DNA of 64,000 nt from an uncultured Bacilli bacterium (GTDB taxonomy: Bacteria > Bacillota_I > Bacilli_A > RF39 > UBA660), in the NCBI GenBank assembly GCA_947588685.1, contig CANPYM010000002.1, positions 25,964 to 89,963 of the forward strand, read 5' to 3'. Shown here piece after piece: positions 37,002 through 47,256 of this stretch. The position numbers were made by a program, and so were the translations under genes. Below the pieces are notes generated by a model. That model was not told the origin of the DNA, searched no databases, and saw only the letters and a list, made by a program, of their open reading frames with translations. Within the stretch, counting starts at the first letter, position 1. Every line of letters begins with the position of its first letter.

Positions 37002-38162
37002 ATGCGAAAGATAATTTTATTTTTAGTATTGATGTTAATAGGAACTAATGTTTATGCTAGTGGGGATACTTTCTATTATGATAGTGAAAAAGTAAGTGAA
37101 ATGTGGATAACGAAAGAAAAGGGTGATAACAAAAGGTCAGCTCATCCTTATAAGTTAAAAAGAAGAGGGGATAATACCTATATTTATTGTTTGGAACCTT
37201 TTGTTCTTCTTAAAAAGGATGCGACAACTTATATTGAAGATGCGGATTTTACTAAATACAATCTAACGCAAGCACAGCTTGATCGTATCAATTTAATCAT
37301 ATATTATGGTTATGGCTACCGCAATCATACTAGTAATATATGGTATGGTGTAACACAATACTTGGTATGGCAAGAAGTTGATAAAGAAGCTGATATTTAT
37401 TTTACAAGTGAAAAAGATGGGCCAAGAAAAAAACTTTATACAAAAGAAATAAATGAGATAGAAGCTTTAATTAGTGAACATAAAAAAGAAGCTAATTTTA
37501 AAGATACCTATCTTTTATCAACTAATCAAACTTTAGATATTGATAGTAATATTACCTTAGATGATTATGACATTACAGCGGATATACCTTATGAAAAAGA
37601 AGGTAATACCTTAAAAATAAGTAATCCTCAAGTGGGGGAATATACTTTTAATTTAGTTAAAAAGAATAATCGTTTTAAGACAGAGTTTCAAATGTTTTAT
37701 AGTAAGAATAGTCAAAATGTTATCGTCCCTGGTAATAGTCCTATCTATAGTAAAGAGTATAGTTTTAAAATTATTGTCAAGGAAGGAGAGTTAGAATTAA
37801 CAAAGAAAAGTACGACGACCAATAAATATTTAAAAGGAGCCGTATATGGGGTGTATCAAGATGGAACTTTAATTACAAAAATTAAAACGGATAAAAAGGG
37901 TAAGGGTTCTACTAAACTACCTTTTGGTACATATATCATTAAGGAATTAGTGGCTCCAGCGGGATACAAATTAGATAATAAAGAATATCAAGTTATTATT
38001 GGCGAGGATAAACTTAAGATAGAACTTAACTTATATGATGAAGAAGATATTTATGAAGTACCCGATACCGGAACTAATTCTATTTTTTATACTCATTTAG
38101 GATTAATTATTTTAGGCTCTTTAGGACTTTTATATGTTAAGAAAAAGTATTACATGTATTAG
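37002..38162 (+). CDS. sortase-anchored surface adhesin with thioester (TED/TQXA-like) domain; sorting signal VPDTG
   Basis: Signal peptide. YIYCLEP (Cys codon 37198-37200) and VTQY. VPDTG at 38059-38073, followed by hydrophobic segment + KKKYYMY. Confidence 0.65.
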   Translation: MRKIILFLVLMLIGTNVYASGDTFYYDSEKVSEMWITKEKGDNKRSAHPYKLKRRGDNTYIYCLEPFVLLKKDATTYIEDADFTKYNLTQAQLDRINLIIYYGYGYRNHTSNIWYGVTQYLVWQEVDKEADIYFTSEKDGPRKKLYTKEINEIEALISEHKKEANFKDTYLLSTNQTLDIDSNITLDDYDITADIPYEKEGNTLKISNPQVGEYTFNLVKKNNRFKTEFQMFYSKNSQNVIVPGNSPIYSKEYSFKIIVKEGELELTKKSTTTNKYLKGAVYGVYQDGTLITKIKTDKKGKGSTKLPFGTYIIKELVAPAGYKLDNKEYQVIIGEDKLKIELNLYDEEDIYEVPDTGTNSIFYTHLGLIILGSLGLLYVKKKYYMY

Positions 38163-38697
38163 TTTGTTATTTATTGGTTATGGGATTACTTTCTTTGGTA
38201 TTGATTATCACGATAAATTAGAAGATGCACACGAAAATGAATTATTAACTGCAAAATATTTTGAACGTAAAGTTAGTTCTAAGCCTAAAGATAATCCCTA
38301 TATTGCCATTTTAGAAATTCCTAAATTAAAATTCAAAAGGGGTTTATATGAAATTAAAGATCCTAAAAGTAAACTAGATAAAAATATTGTTTTTTTAGAT
38401 AAATCGGATATGCCAGATATGCAAAATAGCCGGGTTATTATTGTTGGTCATAGTGGAGCGACGAGTAATTCTTATTTTAAAAATATTCATAAGTTAAAGA
38501 GGAAAGATACAATATATTTATATTACGATAAGATAAAGTACACCTATAAAGTAACTGATCGTTATGACATTATTAAAAATGGAACTCTAGCCTTAGAATC
38601 AAATCACGATAAAAAGACTTTAACGCTTGTTACCTGTAAAGGTAATACTAAACAATTAGTTATTATTGCAACATTAACAAAAGAAGAAACCATTTAA
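38134..38697 (+). CDS. sortase (class B/C-like), dedicated to upstream adhesin
   Basis: N-terminal TM, VIIVGHSG..., catalytic TLVTC motif. Start overlaps the adhesin stop. Confidence 0.8.
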   Translation: MLRKSITCISLLFIGYGITFFGIDYHDKLEDAHENELLTAKYFERKVSSKPKDNPYIAILEIPKLKFKRGLYEIKDPKSKLDKNIVFLDKSDMPDMQNSRVIIVGHSGATSNSYFKNIHKLKRKDTIYLYYDKIKYTYKVTDRYDIIKNGTLALESNHDKKTLTLVTCKGNTKQLVIIATLTKEETI

Positions 38698-38706
38698 AAA
38701 AGAGCG

Positions 38707-40386
38707 TTAATTAGCGCTCTTTTTGATATCCATAATAACAGGTAAAATAATTGGATTACGACCTGTTTTTTCATAGATATATGTTGATAAACTACTTACA
38801 AGTTCACTTTTTATTTCATTATAATTAACATGATTATCAATATGACTAGTAATAATATTATTACTAATATCTTCTAATTCTTTCATTAAATCAGCACTAT
38901 CTTGAATGATGACGAATCCGCGTGAGGTTATATTACAACTACCTAACAATTTATTATTTTTAGTATCAATGTTAGCGATAACTACGACAATGCCATCACT
39001 AGACATAAGCTTACGATCGCGCATAACAGCAGATCCGACCTCACCAATGCGGTTACCATCGATATAAACGTCACCTGCTAAAACGGTACCTTCTTGTTTA
39101 ACTTTACCTTTATCCATTACAAGAACATCGCCATTTTCTAAGATGAAAGTATTTTCTCTTGGAATACCACACTCAACAGCTAAGTCAGCATGTCTTTTTA
39201 ACATTCGGTATTCACCGTGAAAAGGCATAAAGTATTTAGGATTAAATAGTCTAATCATCAGTTTTAATTCTTCTTCACTACCATGACCTGATGTATGAAC
39301 ATCACTTAAAGAGGTACTTGTACATACTTTAACACCTTGTAAGTATAATTTATTAATAATTTTAGAAATGCTTAAGGCATTACCAGGAATAGCTGATGAT
39401 GAGAAGATAACTAAATCATCCGATTGTAATTTGATTTGGCGATGACTACCATTGGCAATCCTTGATAAAGCCGCCAGTGGTTCACCCTGTGAGCCGGTAC
39501 ATAATAAACATACTTGATTAGGTGGCAAATGATTAGCTTCTTCCGGTGAGACAAAGATTTCTTTATGTTTGATATATCCTTCGTTTAAAGAAATCTCAAT
39601 ATTGTTTTCCATACTGCGACCAAAGATAGCAATCTTCCGATTATTCTTTTTACAAGTATCGACAATATGTTTTAACCGGTAAATATTAGAGGCAAAGGTA
39701 GCAATAATAATGCGGCCATCATGCTCTTTAAATATCTCAGCTAAAGCTTCGTCAACCTTTGATTCACTGGTACTAAAACCGCTATTTAAGGCATTGGTAC
39801 TATCGCTAAGAAGGAGAGTAACACCTTTAGCGCCAATCGCTGCCATTTTTTGTAAGTTTGACATTGGTCCAATTGGTGTTAAGTCAAACTTAAAGTCACC
39901 GGTTGTGACAATAACTCCGTTAGGTGTCGTAATAGCGATACCATGTGAATCAGGGATTGAGTGGGTTGTTCTAAAGAACTCTACGCTCATCGTCTTAAAT
40001 TTAATTTTTGATTTTTCCGTATAGATAAATAGATTTTTATAATTAATATCACGCTCTTCAAGCTTTTTACGAATTAGACTAACTGCTTGATTTGGGGCAT
40101 ATATAGCTGGAATATTAACTGTTTGAAGTAAATATGGTATTCCACCAATATGATCTTCATGCCCGTGAGTAATAAAAAGTGCTTTTATTTTGTTTTCGTT
40201 TTTCTTTAAAAAAGTAAAATCAGGAATAATATAGTCAATACCAGGAAGTTCATTAGATGGGAATGTTATACCGACATCCGTAATAATAATTTCATTATCA
40301 GTCATAACGCAATACATATTTTTTCCAACTTCACCTAAACCACCTAAGGCAAAGACTTTTGTTATTCCGTTATCAAAAAACTTCAA
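38707..40386 (-). CDS. rnj: ribonuclease J
   Basis: Metallo-beta-lactamase HGHEDHIGG; beta-CASP/RNase J architecture; 559 aa. Confidence 0.9.
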   Translation of the reverse strand: MKFFDNGITKVFALGGLGEVGKNMYCVMTDNEIIITDVGITFPSNELPGIDYIIPDFTFLKKNENKIKALFITHGHEDHIGGIPYLLQTVNIPAIYAPNQAVSLIRKKLEERDINYKNLFIYTEKSKIKFKTMSVEFFRTTHSIPDSHGIAITTPNGVIVTTGDFKFDLTPIGPMSNLQKMAAIGAKGVTLLLSDSTNALNSGFSTSESKVDEALAEIFKEHDGRIIIATFASNIYRLKHIVDTCKKNNRKIAIFGRSMENNIEISLNEGYIKHKEIFVSPEEANHLPPNQVCLLCTGSQGEPLAALSRIANGSHRQIKLQSDDLVIFSSSAIPGNALSISKIINKLYLQGVKVCTSTSLSDVHTSGHGSEEELKLMIRLFNPKYFMPFHGEYRMLKRHADLAVECGIPRENTFILENGDVLVMDKGKVKQEGTVLAGDVYIDGNRIGEVGSAVMRDRKLMSSDGIVVVIANIDTKNNKLLGSCNITSRGFVIIQDSADLMKELEDISNNIITSHIDNHVNYNEIKSELVSSLSTYIYEKTGRNPIILPVIMDIKKSAN

Positions 40387-40534
40387 TCAATTCGCTCCTT
40401 TCTTTAAGTTTAAATCAACTATAACATTATACCTTTTTTTTATTCTTTTGTCTATACACAAAAAGTGTAAAGGAAACTTACTGCTTCATTGACTATTATT
40501 TAGGGGCGTGTTAGAATGTTTCTAGGATAGGAGT

Positions 40535-40873
40535 ATGGCTATGGAACTAAGAGATGAAGTATTAAGTTATGATCCTGTAATGCGTATTGCTTTAGCTTTT
40601 TATGACTTTGTTCGTAACAATAAAGATTGGCATAATCGTCTTCAAAATGTCGTAGCTAATTATAATAAAAATAGTAGTGATTATGATTTCGAATACGATC
40701 GCAAATTATATAGTTTTTTCTATCAACACTTGGATGATAAAAATGTGCGGTGCTGCGTTAGAGAGTATAATACTTTCTATGATTTAGCTAAACGTTGTAG
40801 CTATATTCTTTTTGATTATAACTTAAATAATGGAAGTATTACGAAGGTCTATCGGTATGGAGAAGAGAAATAA
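40535..40873 (+). CDS. hypothetical protein
   Basis: 112-aa ORF followed by a terminator. Confidence 0.4.
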   Translation: MAMELRDEVLSYDPVMRIALAFYDFVRNNKDWHNRLQNVVANYNKNSSDYDFEYDRKLYSFFYQHLDDKNVRCCVREYNTFYDLAKRCSYILFDYNLNNGSITKVYRYGEEK

Positions 40874-40953
40874 TCTCTTTTTTTCTTAAACGACTTTAAT
40901 TTTCATCACTTTTATAGTAAAATAGATATGTAAACATTAGGTAGGAGGACATT

Positions 40954-41925
40954 ATGGGATTTTTTGGAAAGTTTAAAAATCTCTTTACTTCCAAGGAAGA
41001 GCAGCAAGAGGTTGAAGTTTACGATAAAGGTTTAGAGAAAAGCCGTAAAGAGTTTGTTTCTAAAATAACCTTACTTAATACCCGTTATAAAAAAGTTAGT
41101 AATGAGTATTTTGAAGAATTAGAAGAAATACTTATTATGGCCGATATTGGTGTCAATACGGTTATGGAGTTTATTGATAAATTAAAAAAACGGGTTAAGC
41201 ATGAAAATATTGAAGATGTCGATGATTTAAAAGAAATTATCGTTGATGAGATGTTTATCATCTATGTTGATAATGCCATTATGGTAAATAAGATTCAGTA
41301 TGCTGAAGAAGGACCGACTGTTATCCTTTTTGTAGGTGTTAATGGCGTGGGCAAAACGACAACCATTGGTAAAATGGCAGCAAAGCTTAAAAGTGAAGGG
41401 AAAAGTGTTTTATTAGTAGCTGGTGATACCTTTAGAGCTGGCGCTGTTGAACAACTATGTGAATGGGGCGAAAAAACGTCTTGTCCTGTTGTCTATAAAG
41501 AAAATGCGGATCCTGCCAGTGTTATGTATGATGGCGTCGATAAAGCCTTAAAAGAGAATTATGATGTTGTATTAGTTGATACCGCTGGCCGTTTACAAAA
41601 TAAGACTAATCTTATGAATGAATTAGATAAAATTAATCGTGTTATTGGTAAATTAATTCCGGGTGCGCCTCATGAGACCTTATTAGTCATCGATGCGACG
41701 ACCGGTCAAAATGGTATTAGTCAAGCTAAAGAGTTTCAAAAAATTACCAATATAACGGGTATTGTTTTAACTAAATTAGATGGAACAGCTAAAGGTGGTA
41801 TTGTCTTAGCCATTAAAGAGGAAGTTGGCATACCTGTTAAATATGTTGGTTTAGGTGAGACAGCTAAAGATTTACAAGTCTTTGATATTGAAAAATATAT
41901 ATATGGATTATTTAAAGATATGTGA
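40954..41925 (+). CDS. ftsY: signal recognition particle receptor FtsY
   Basis: ILFVGVNGVGKTTTIGK, DTAGR, LTKLDGTAKGG. Confidence 0.95.
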   Translation: MGFFGKFKNLFTSKEEQQEVEVYDKGLEKSRKEFVSKITLLNTRYKKVSNEYFEELEEILIMADIGVNTVMEFIDKLKKRVKHENIEDVDDLKEIIVDEMFIIYVDNAIMVNKIQYAEEGPTVILFVGVNGVGKTTTIGKMAAKLKSEGKSVLLVAGDTFRAGAVEQLCEWGEKTSCPVVYKENADPASVMYDGVDKALKENYDVVLVDTAGRLQNKTNLMNELDKINRVIGKLIPGAPHETLLVIDATTGQNGISQAKEFQKITNITGIVLTKLDGTAKGGIVLAIKEEVGIPVKYVGLGETAKDLQVFDIEKYIYGLFKDM

Positions 41926-41933
41926 GGTAAAAA

Positions 41934-42215
41934 ATGCATAATGTTGAAGTAATTGAAATAAAATCTTTTTCTTTTAAAAATATTAGTTTAAAAGTTCAAT
42001 TATTTTTATTAGTTGTCTTAATCGGTTGTTTTATCGCTTATTTCTTTGTTGATCCTGACATTATGACACTAATTATATATGGCGTTTTAGCGCTTATGAT
42101 GTTAGTAATGGCTTATAATAATAAAGTCTATTATAAAAGAAAATATTTGGGCGTTATTTATATCATTTTAAGTATTACACTTATTGTCAATTTGGTGGTT
42201 GAACTAATATGGTAG
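41934..42215 (+). CDS. small two-TM membrane protein
   Basis: 93 aa, hydrophobic, overlaps the ylxM start. Confidence 0.4.
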   Translation: MHNVEVIEIKSFSFKNISLKVQLFLLVVLIGCFIAYFFVDPDIMTLIIYGVLALMMLVMAYNNKVYYKRKYLGVIYIILSITLIVNLVVELIW

Positions 42216-42496
42216 AGGTACGTCTCGGTATTCTTTTTGACTATTATGGTGATTTATTAACCGAGCGTCAGCAAGCATTCTTTAAAGATTATTACTTTGA
42301 TAATTTAACACTTCAAGAAATTGCTGATAACAATGGTATTAGTAGAAATGCTGTTCATAAAACGCTCGGTGTGATTAGTCAAAAGTTAGAATATTATGAA
42401 AAAACTTTGGCTTTAATGAAGAAAGCCGAAAGAATTAGAGAACTCACGCAAGATTTGAGTGCGGATAAAAAAAGAGAACTCGAAGATTTAATATAG
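42209..42496 (+). CDS. ylxM: YlxM/UPF0122 family putative DNA-binding protein
   Basis: ILFDYYGDLLTERQQ...LQEIAD..GISRNAVH; classic ftsY–ylxM–ffh neighbour. Confidence 0.75.
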   Translation: MVEVRLGILFDYYGDLLTERQQAFFKDYYFDNLTLQEIADNNGISRNAVHKTLGVISQKLEYYEKTLALMKKAERIRELTQDLSADKKRELEDLI

Positions 42497-42515
42497 ATAA
42501 GAAGGGTGGATAGCT

Positions 42516-44273
42516 ATGTTTGGAAAGATTGTATATATTAGTGATAATATTGCGCATGTTGAAGTTCCAAAAACAGATGAAGTTGTCGTTAACTTGATGA
42601 ATAGACATGTTGTTTTTGAGGATGAAGATAAAAAGATACTAGGTGAAGTTGAAGATATTTCTCCCGAAGTTATGAAAATTAGATTTTTAGGTGAACTTAC
42701 TAAAGATAGTTTTATTGGTGGTGTTTTAAGAAAGCCTAATTTAACGGCTAAAACACGACTTATCAATGAGGAAGAGTTAAAAATCATTATGGGTGATCCC
42801 GGTGAAGGGTCATTCGTTTTAGGGGTTAGTCCTCTATATGATGAGATGCCAATTAACATTAATATTAATGAAGTTTGTAGTAACCATTTAGCTATTTTTG
42901 GTAATACTGGTAGTGGTAAATCATATGGTGTTGCTAGATTTATTCAAAGCTTATTCTATGATCCAAAGTTTGTCCCACTACGATCTAATTTTATGATTTT
43001 TGATGCTTATGGTGAGTATCACAATGCATTTAGAAATTTAAGTCAAGTTAATCCTAATTATAACTTTAAGTTTTATACGACCAATAAGTCTCAATTAAAA
43101 GAGGGGGGCGAACTTTTACGTATTCCTCTTTGGTTATTAGGTGTTGATGATTATGCTTTACTTCTTAATGCTGAAAAGCACTCACAATTACCAATTATTG
43201 AAAGAATGATTAAGCTTGTCCGCGTTTTTGCCACGGAAGGAGATATTAGTACTAGATATAAGAACCATTTGATTGCCAAAGCTATTATGGATATTATGTA
43301 TACGAATCAAACGTCAGCTAGTAAAAGAAACGATATCTTCTCTATCTTAGCTAGTTGTTCAACGCAACAATTTAATCTTGAAGCTCCGGTTCAAGGTATT
43401 GGATACGTTCGAAAGTTCCGTGATTGTTTCTTAATTGATACGGCTGGGCAATTTACCGAAAGTGTTTTAGTAACGCAATATATTACATCATTCATTGATG
43501 AGGAATTAGAGAAATATGAGCCAACAGCTAATCATTTTTTTACGCTAGATGATGTTGAAAAAGCCTTACAATTTACTTTGATTTCTGAAGGTTTACTTCG
43601 AAATGAAAAATTATATAATGAAGCTATTACTTTAAAAGTTCGCCTTCATGCTTTAGCAGTTGGAGAAAATAAAGAGTTCTTTAACTATCCTCAATATATA
43701 ACAATGGAAAATTATATAGCTTCTTTAGTTACTTATAATAATAAAAAAGCACAAATTGTTAACTTTAACTTAGAGGATGCGGATGACCGTTTGTCTAAAA
43801 CAATCGTTAAGATTTATGCTAAATTGTTCTTTGATTTTACTAAACGTTTAAATGAAAGAGCATCTATCCCATTCCATCTAGTTTTAGAGGAATCTCACCG
43901 TTATGTTCAAAATGATAACGATAACTTCTTACTTGGTTATAACATTTTTGAACGTATCGCTAAAGAGGGCCGTAAGTTTGGTATGTTGCTTTTCTTAATT
44001 TCTCAGCGTCCCGTTGAATTATCTGAAACAGTTATCTCTCAGTGTAGTAACTTCTTAATCTTTAAGATGACGCACCCAAGAGATCTTGAATATATGGAAA
44101 AGATGTTACCAAATATGAGTGCTGAAATTATGGAAAAACAAAAGAGTTTACAGCCAGGTACTTGTGTCGCTTTTGGTCGAGCATTTAGTATTCCAATGAT
44201 TGTTAAAATGCCACTTCCAAATCCAGAACCATATAGTACAAATGCCGATATCGTCGGCCGTTGGACACAATAA
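42516..44273 (+). CDS. HerA/FtsK-superfamily P-loop ATPase (DUF87-like) with N-terminal HAS-barrel-like domain
   Basis: Walker A GNTGSGKS, Walker B LVLEESH, ISQRP sensor. Confidence 0.7.
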   Translation: MFGKIVYISDNIAHVEVPKTDEVVVNLMNRHVVFEDEDKKILGEVEDISPEVMKIRFLGELTKDSFIGGVLRKPNLTAKTRLINEEELKIIMGDPGEGSFVLGVSPLYDEMPINININEVCSNHLAIFGNTGSGKSYGVARFIQSLFYDPKFVPLRSNFMIFDAYGEYHNAFRNLSQVNPNYNFKFYTTNKSQLKEGGELLRIPLWLLGVDDYALLLNAEKHSQLPIIERMIKLVRVFATEGDISTRYKNHLIAKAIMDIMYTNQTSASKRNDIFSILASCSTQQFNLEAPVQGIGYVRKFRDCFLIDTAGQFTESVLVTQYITSFIDEELEKYEPTANHFFTLDDVEKALQFTLISEGLLRNEKLYNEAITLKVRLHALAVGENKEFFNYPQYITMENYIASLVTYNNKKAQIVNFNLEDADDRLSKTIVKIYAKLFFDFTKRLNERASIPFHLVLEESHRYVQNDNDNFLLGYNIFERIAKEGRKFGMLLFLISQRPVELSETVISQCSNFLIFKMTHPRDLEYMEKMLPNMSAEIMEKQKSLQPGTCVAFGRAFSIPMIVKMPLPNPEPYSTNADIVGRWTQ

Positions 44274-44289
44274 AAAGAGGAGAGCTAGT

Positions 44290-44718
44290 ATGAATGAAAA
44301 TGAACAAGTCGTAAGTAATGATACAAATTTATCCGGTGTAGCTAGTCAAGAGGTAACTTATAATTCTAATGAAATTAATGCTAATATGAGCTATCAACAG
44401 CCTCAAGCCTATATGCCTGTAAATAATAATCAAATGTCCGTACCAGGGTATAATCAACCAATGGATCAACAATATCCTGCTACTCCTGTTAAGAAGTTTA
44501 ACAAAAAATTACTTCTTTTATGGCTTATCCCTGTTGGTTGCTTTCTTGGCGGTTTTGCTTGCCTTATGATTAATACTATTGCTCGTGCTTCCACTGAATA
44601 TTATGAGCCAGCCTTTATTAATAATGTGTTATCTATAATGCATCTTCTTTTATGGTTTTTAACCTTACCAAGCTTGGTGGTTGTAACTATTGTTTTTGCT
44701 ATTAAAGTAAATAAATAG
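44290..44718 (+). CDS. membrane protein with Q/N-rich N-terminal region and two C-terminal TM helices
   Basis: RBS AGAGGAG. Immediately follows the HerA-like ATPase. Confidence 0.5.
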   Translation: MNENEQVVSNDTNLSGVASQEVTYNSNEINANMSYQQPQAYMPVNNNQMSVPGYNQPMDQQYPATPVKKFNKKLLLLWLIPVGCFLGGFACLMINTIARASTEYYEPAFINNVLSIMHLLLWFLTLPSLVVVTIVFAIKVNK

Positions 44719-44770
44719 AAAGTGTCAAAAAACACTTTCTTTTTTTATAAACACTAACATATATTAAACT

Positions 44771-45367
44771 ATGAATAATTTAATTGCCCATCGTTCGCTT
44801 GACAAGCATCAGTATCCCGAAAATAGCCTTTTAGCTAGTCTTTTTTGCCTTAAACAAAAATATATTTTAGGCATAGAAATTGATGTTCGGCTGACTAAAG
44901 ATAAAAAGTTTATTATGTATCATAATTATTTATATAATTTAAAGAGAATTACCAATTTAAAATATAAAGAATTAGCTAATATTGATAAGCTAGAGGATTT
45001 GTTAAAGCAGATTAAATCTCCAAAAATAATTTTACTTGATCTTAAATGTGAAGATATCAATGTTGATGATTATTTAAAAAGACTTTTACGCCTTTTAAAA
45101 AAGTATCCTCTAAATTATTATTTATGTTCTTTTAATTATGATTTAACTAAAAAACTAGCTAGGTTGACAAATTATCCGGTTGGTTTATTTATTAGTGATT
45201 TAATCAATAAAAAGAAGAATTATAATCATTTATCTTTCTTAGCTTTATCTCGTCATAGTTATTTTGATATTCCTTTTGATACGAAAATGGTTTGGACAGT
45301 TAATGATACCAAAGCAATTTATAAATATCAATATATTATAACAGACAAGCCTTATTTATTATCGTAG
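44771..45367 (+). CDS. glycerophosphodiester phosphodiesterase family protein (GDPD-like)
   Basis: IAHRS.....PENS...F......GIEIDVRLTKD.....YHN motif. Confidence 0.55.
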   Translation: MNNLIAHRSLDKHQYPENSLLASLFCLKQKYILGIEIDVRLTKDKKFIMYHNYLYNLKRITNLKYKELANIDKLEDLLKQIKSPKIILLDLKCEDINVDDYLKRLLRLLKKYPLNYYLCSFNYDLTKKLARLTNYPVGLFISDLINKKKNYNHLSFLALSRHSYFDIPFDTKMVWTVNDTKAIYKYQYIITDKPYLLS

Positions 45368-45837
45368 TAAGATGCTTTTTCGGTTATAATCATTGCTTTA
45401 GAATCAATTAATTTAATAAGTCTAACTAGTGAGAATTTCTTTTTTCTAGGAATCATAATAAGTAAGACTTTCTTTTTATCATTTACTCCCTCGCCATCAA
45501 TTGTTGTAACTTGATAATTTAAAGACCGAAGACCATCAATTAATTTGTTGTCATTCTCGGTAATACAAGTAATCATATTCTCACCCAAAGCTATTTTTTC
45601 TTCAATAAGACAACCTAAATAAGAACCAGTAAAACAGCCGAGGGCAAAAGCGACGATTTTAAATGGCTCGCTTGTAAAATTACGTAATAGGGCCACTGTT
45701 GCATAAATCCAAATAACAGCAATAAAGATATTTAAAATCGCGCCTAATAATTTCTTTTGATTAGCGATAACAATAATTCTAATCGTCGTTAAAATGTTTT
45801 CTAAAGTTTTGGCTCCAAAAATCAATATATATTGCAC
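45352..45837 (-). CDS. hypothetical membrane protein (YitT/DUF2179-like C-terminus)
   Basis: 161-aa ORF with one TM. Confidence 0.35.
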   Translation of the reverse strand: MQYILIFGAKTLENILTTIRIIVIANQKKLLGAILNIFIAVIWIYATVALLRNFTSEPFKIVAFALGCFTGSYLGCLIEEKIALGENMITCITENDNKLIDGLRSLNYQVTTIDGEGVNDKKKVLLIMIPRKKKFSLVRLIKLIDSKAMIITEKASYYDNK

Positions 45838-45934
45838 ATTCTCACCATTTTTATTATTGGATTAAATGGTATTTATATACAAAAAGATAGATTTTTTAAT
45901 ACTTAAAATGTTATAATGAGATGTAGGTGATAAT

Positions 45935-47233
45935 ATGTTTGAAAGTTTAGGCGATCGATTACAATCAGCTGTTAATAAAATTAAAGGCTATGGTAAAATT
46001 ACCGAGGATAATATCAGTGACGTAACAAGAGAAATCCGCCTTGCTTTACTAGAAGCCGATGTTAACTATAAAGTTGTTAAAGAGTTTATTAATAATGTTA
46101 AAGAAAAAGCCTTAGGGGAAGAGGTAGCAAAATCTTTAAAACCCGGTGAGATGTTTGTTAAAATTTTAAAAGATGAACTTGTTGATCTTTTAGGTGGCGA
46201 TGATGCACCTCTTTATATGAGTGGTCATCCATCTGTTTTAATACTTGTCGGTTTACAAGGTAGTGGTAAAACGACAACGATTGGTAAACTAGCTCTTCGC
46301 TTACGAAAAAAGGAAAAAAAGCGTCCTTTATTAGTTGCCTGTGATGTTTATCGTCCAGCGGCTATTGATCAGTTAAAAACATTAGGACGAGAACTTAATA
46401 TTGAGGTTTATTCCGAAGGTAAGGGTAATCCTGTTGAAATAAGTAAAAATGCCATTAAGTACGCTAAAGAAAATAATTATGATTATGTTTTAATTGATAC
46501 GGCTGGTCGTTTACATATCGATGAAGAGTTGATGGACGAATTAAACAACATTAACTCCGAAGTAAATCCCGATGAGGTTCTACTAGTTATCGATAGTATG
46601 ACCGGTCAAGATGCGATTAATGTTATTGAGGGCTTCAATAATAAGTTACCTCTTACGGGCGCTATTTTAACGAAGTTAGATGGCGACACTAGAGGTGGTG
46701 CGGCTTTATCCATTCGTCATCTTACTAATGTTCCAATTAAGTTTATCGGTATTAGTGAAAAATTAGATGGCTTAGATGAGTTCCATCCTGACCGGATGGC
46801 TTCTAGGATTCTTGGTATGGGCGATCTTATGACGATGATTGAAAAAGCGGAAGATGTCATTGATCAAGATGAAGCAATGAAAACGGCTAAAAGAATGCAG
46901 GAAGGGAAATTTGACCTTGAAGACTTTTTAAGTGCCTTAAAGCAAGTTAAAAAGTTAGGACCTTTAGAAAATTTAATTAAAATGATGCCGGGCATGCCAA
47001 AAGAAGCTCGTAATTTAAAAGTTAATCCTAAAGATATGGCCCATATTGAAGCGATTGTTTTATCGATGACCCCATATGAACGAAGACATCCAGAATGCCT
47101 TAAGAATAGTCGTAAAATCCGCATATCTAAAGGATGCAATCGTCCTGTCGAAGAGATTAATCGTCTTCTTAAACAATTTGAAGAGATGAAAAAAATGATG
47201 AAAATGATGAAAAATGGGAAAATGCCATTTTAA
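45935..47233 (+). CDS. ffh: signal recognition particle protein Ffh
   Basis: LVGLQGSGKTTTIGKLA, DTAGR, Met-rich M-domain tail. Confidence 0.95.
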   Translation: MFESLGDRLQSAVNKIKGYGKITEDNISDVTREIRLALLEADVNYKVVKEFINNVKEKALGEEVAKSLKPGEMFVKILKDELVDLLGGDDAPLYMSGHPSVLILVGLQGSGKTTTIGKLALRLRKKEKKRPLLVACDVYRPAAIDQLKTLGRELNIEVYSEGKGNPVEISKNAIKYAKENNYDYVLIDTAGRLHIDEELMDELNNINSEVNPDEVLLVIDSMTGQDAINVIEGFNNKLPLTGAILTKLDGDTRGGAALSIRHLTNVPIKFIGISEKLDGLDEFHPDRMASRILGMGDLMTMIEKAEDVIDQDEAMKTAKRMQEGKFDLEDFLSALKQVKKLGPLENLIKMMPGMPKEARNLKVNPKDMAHIEAIVLSMTPYERRHPECLKNSRKIRISKGCNRPVEEINRLLKQFEEMKKMMKMMKNGKMPF

Positions 47234-47256
47234 AGTGTAGTAATACACTTTTTTTA
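47234..47256 (+). terminator. rho-independent terminator
   Basis: AGTGTAGTAATACACT followed by T7. Confidence 0.65.

Noticed and set aside
39710-40024. + strand ORF inside rnj
   Set aside because: Antisense to the RNase J coding region, which has strong conserved motifs.
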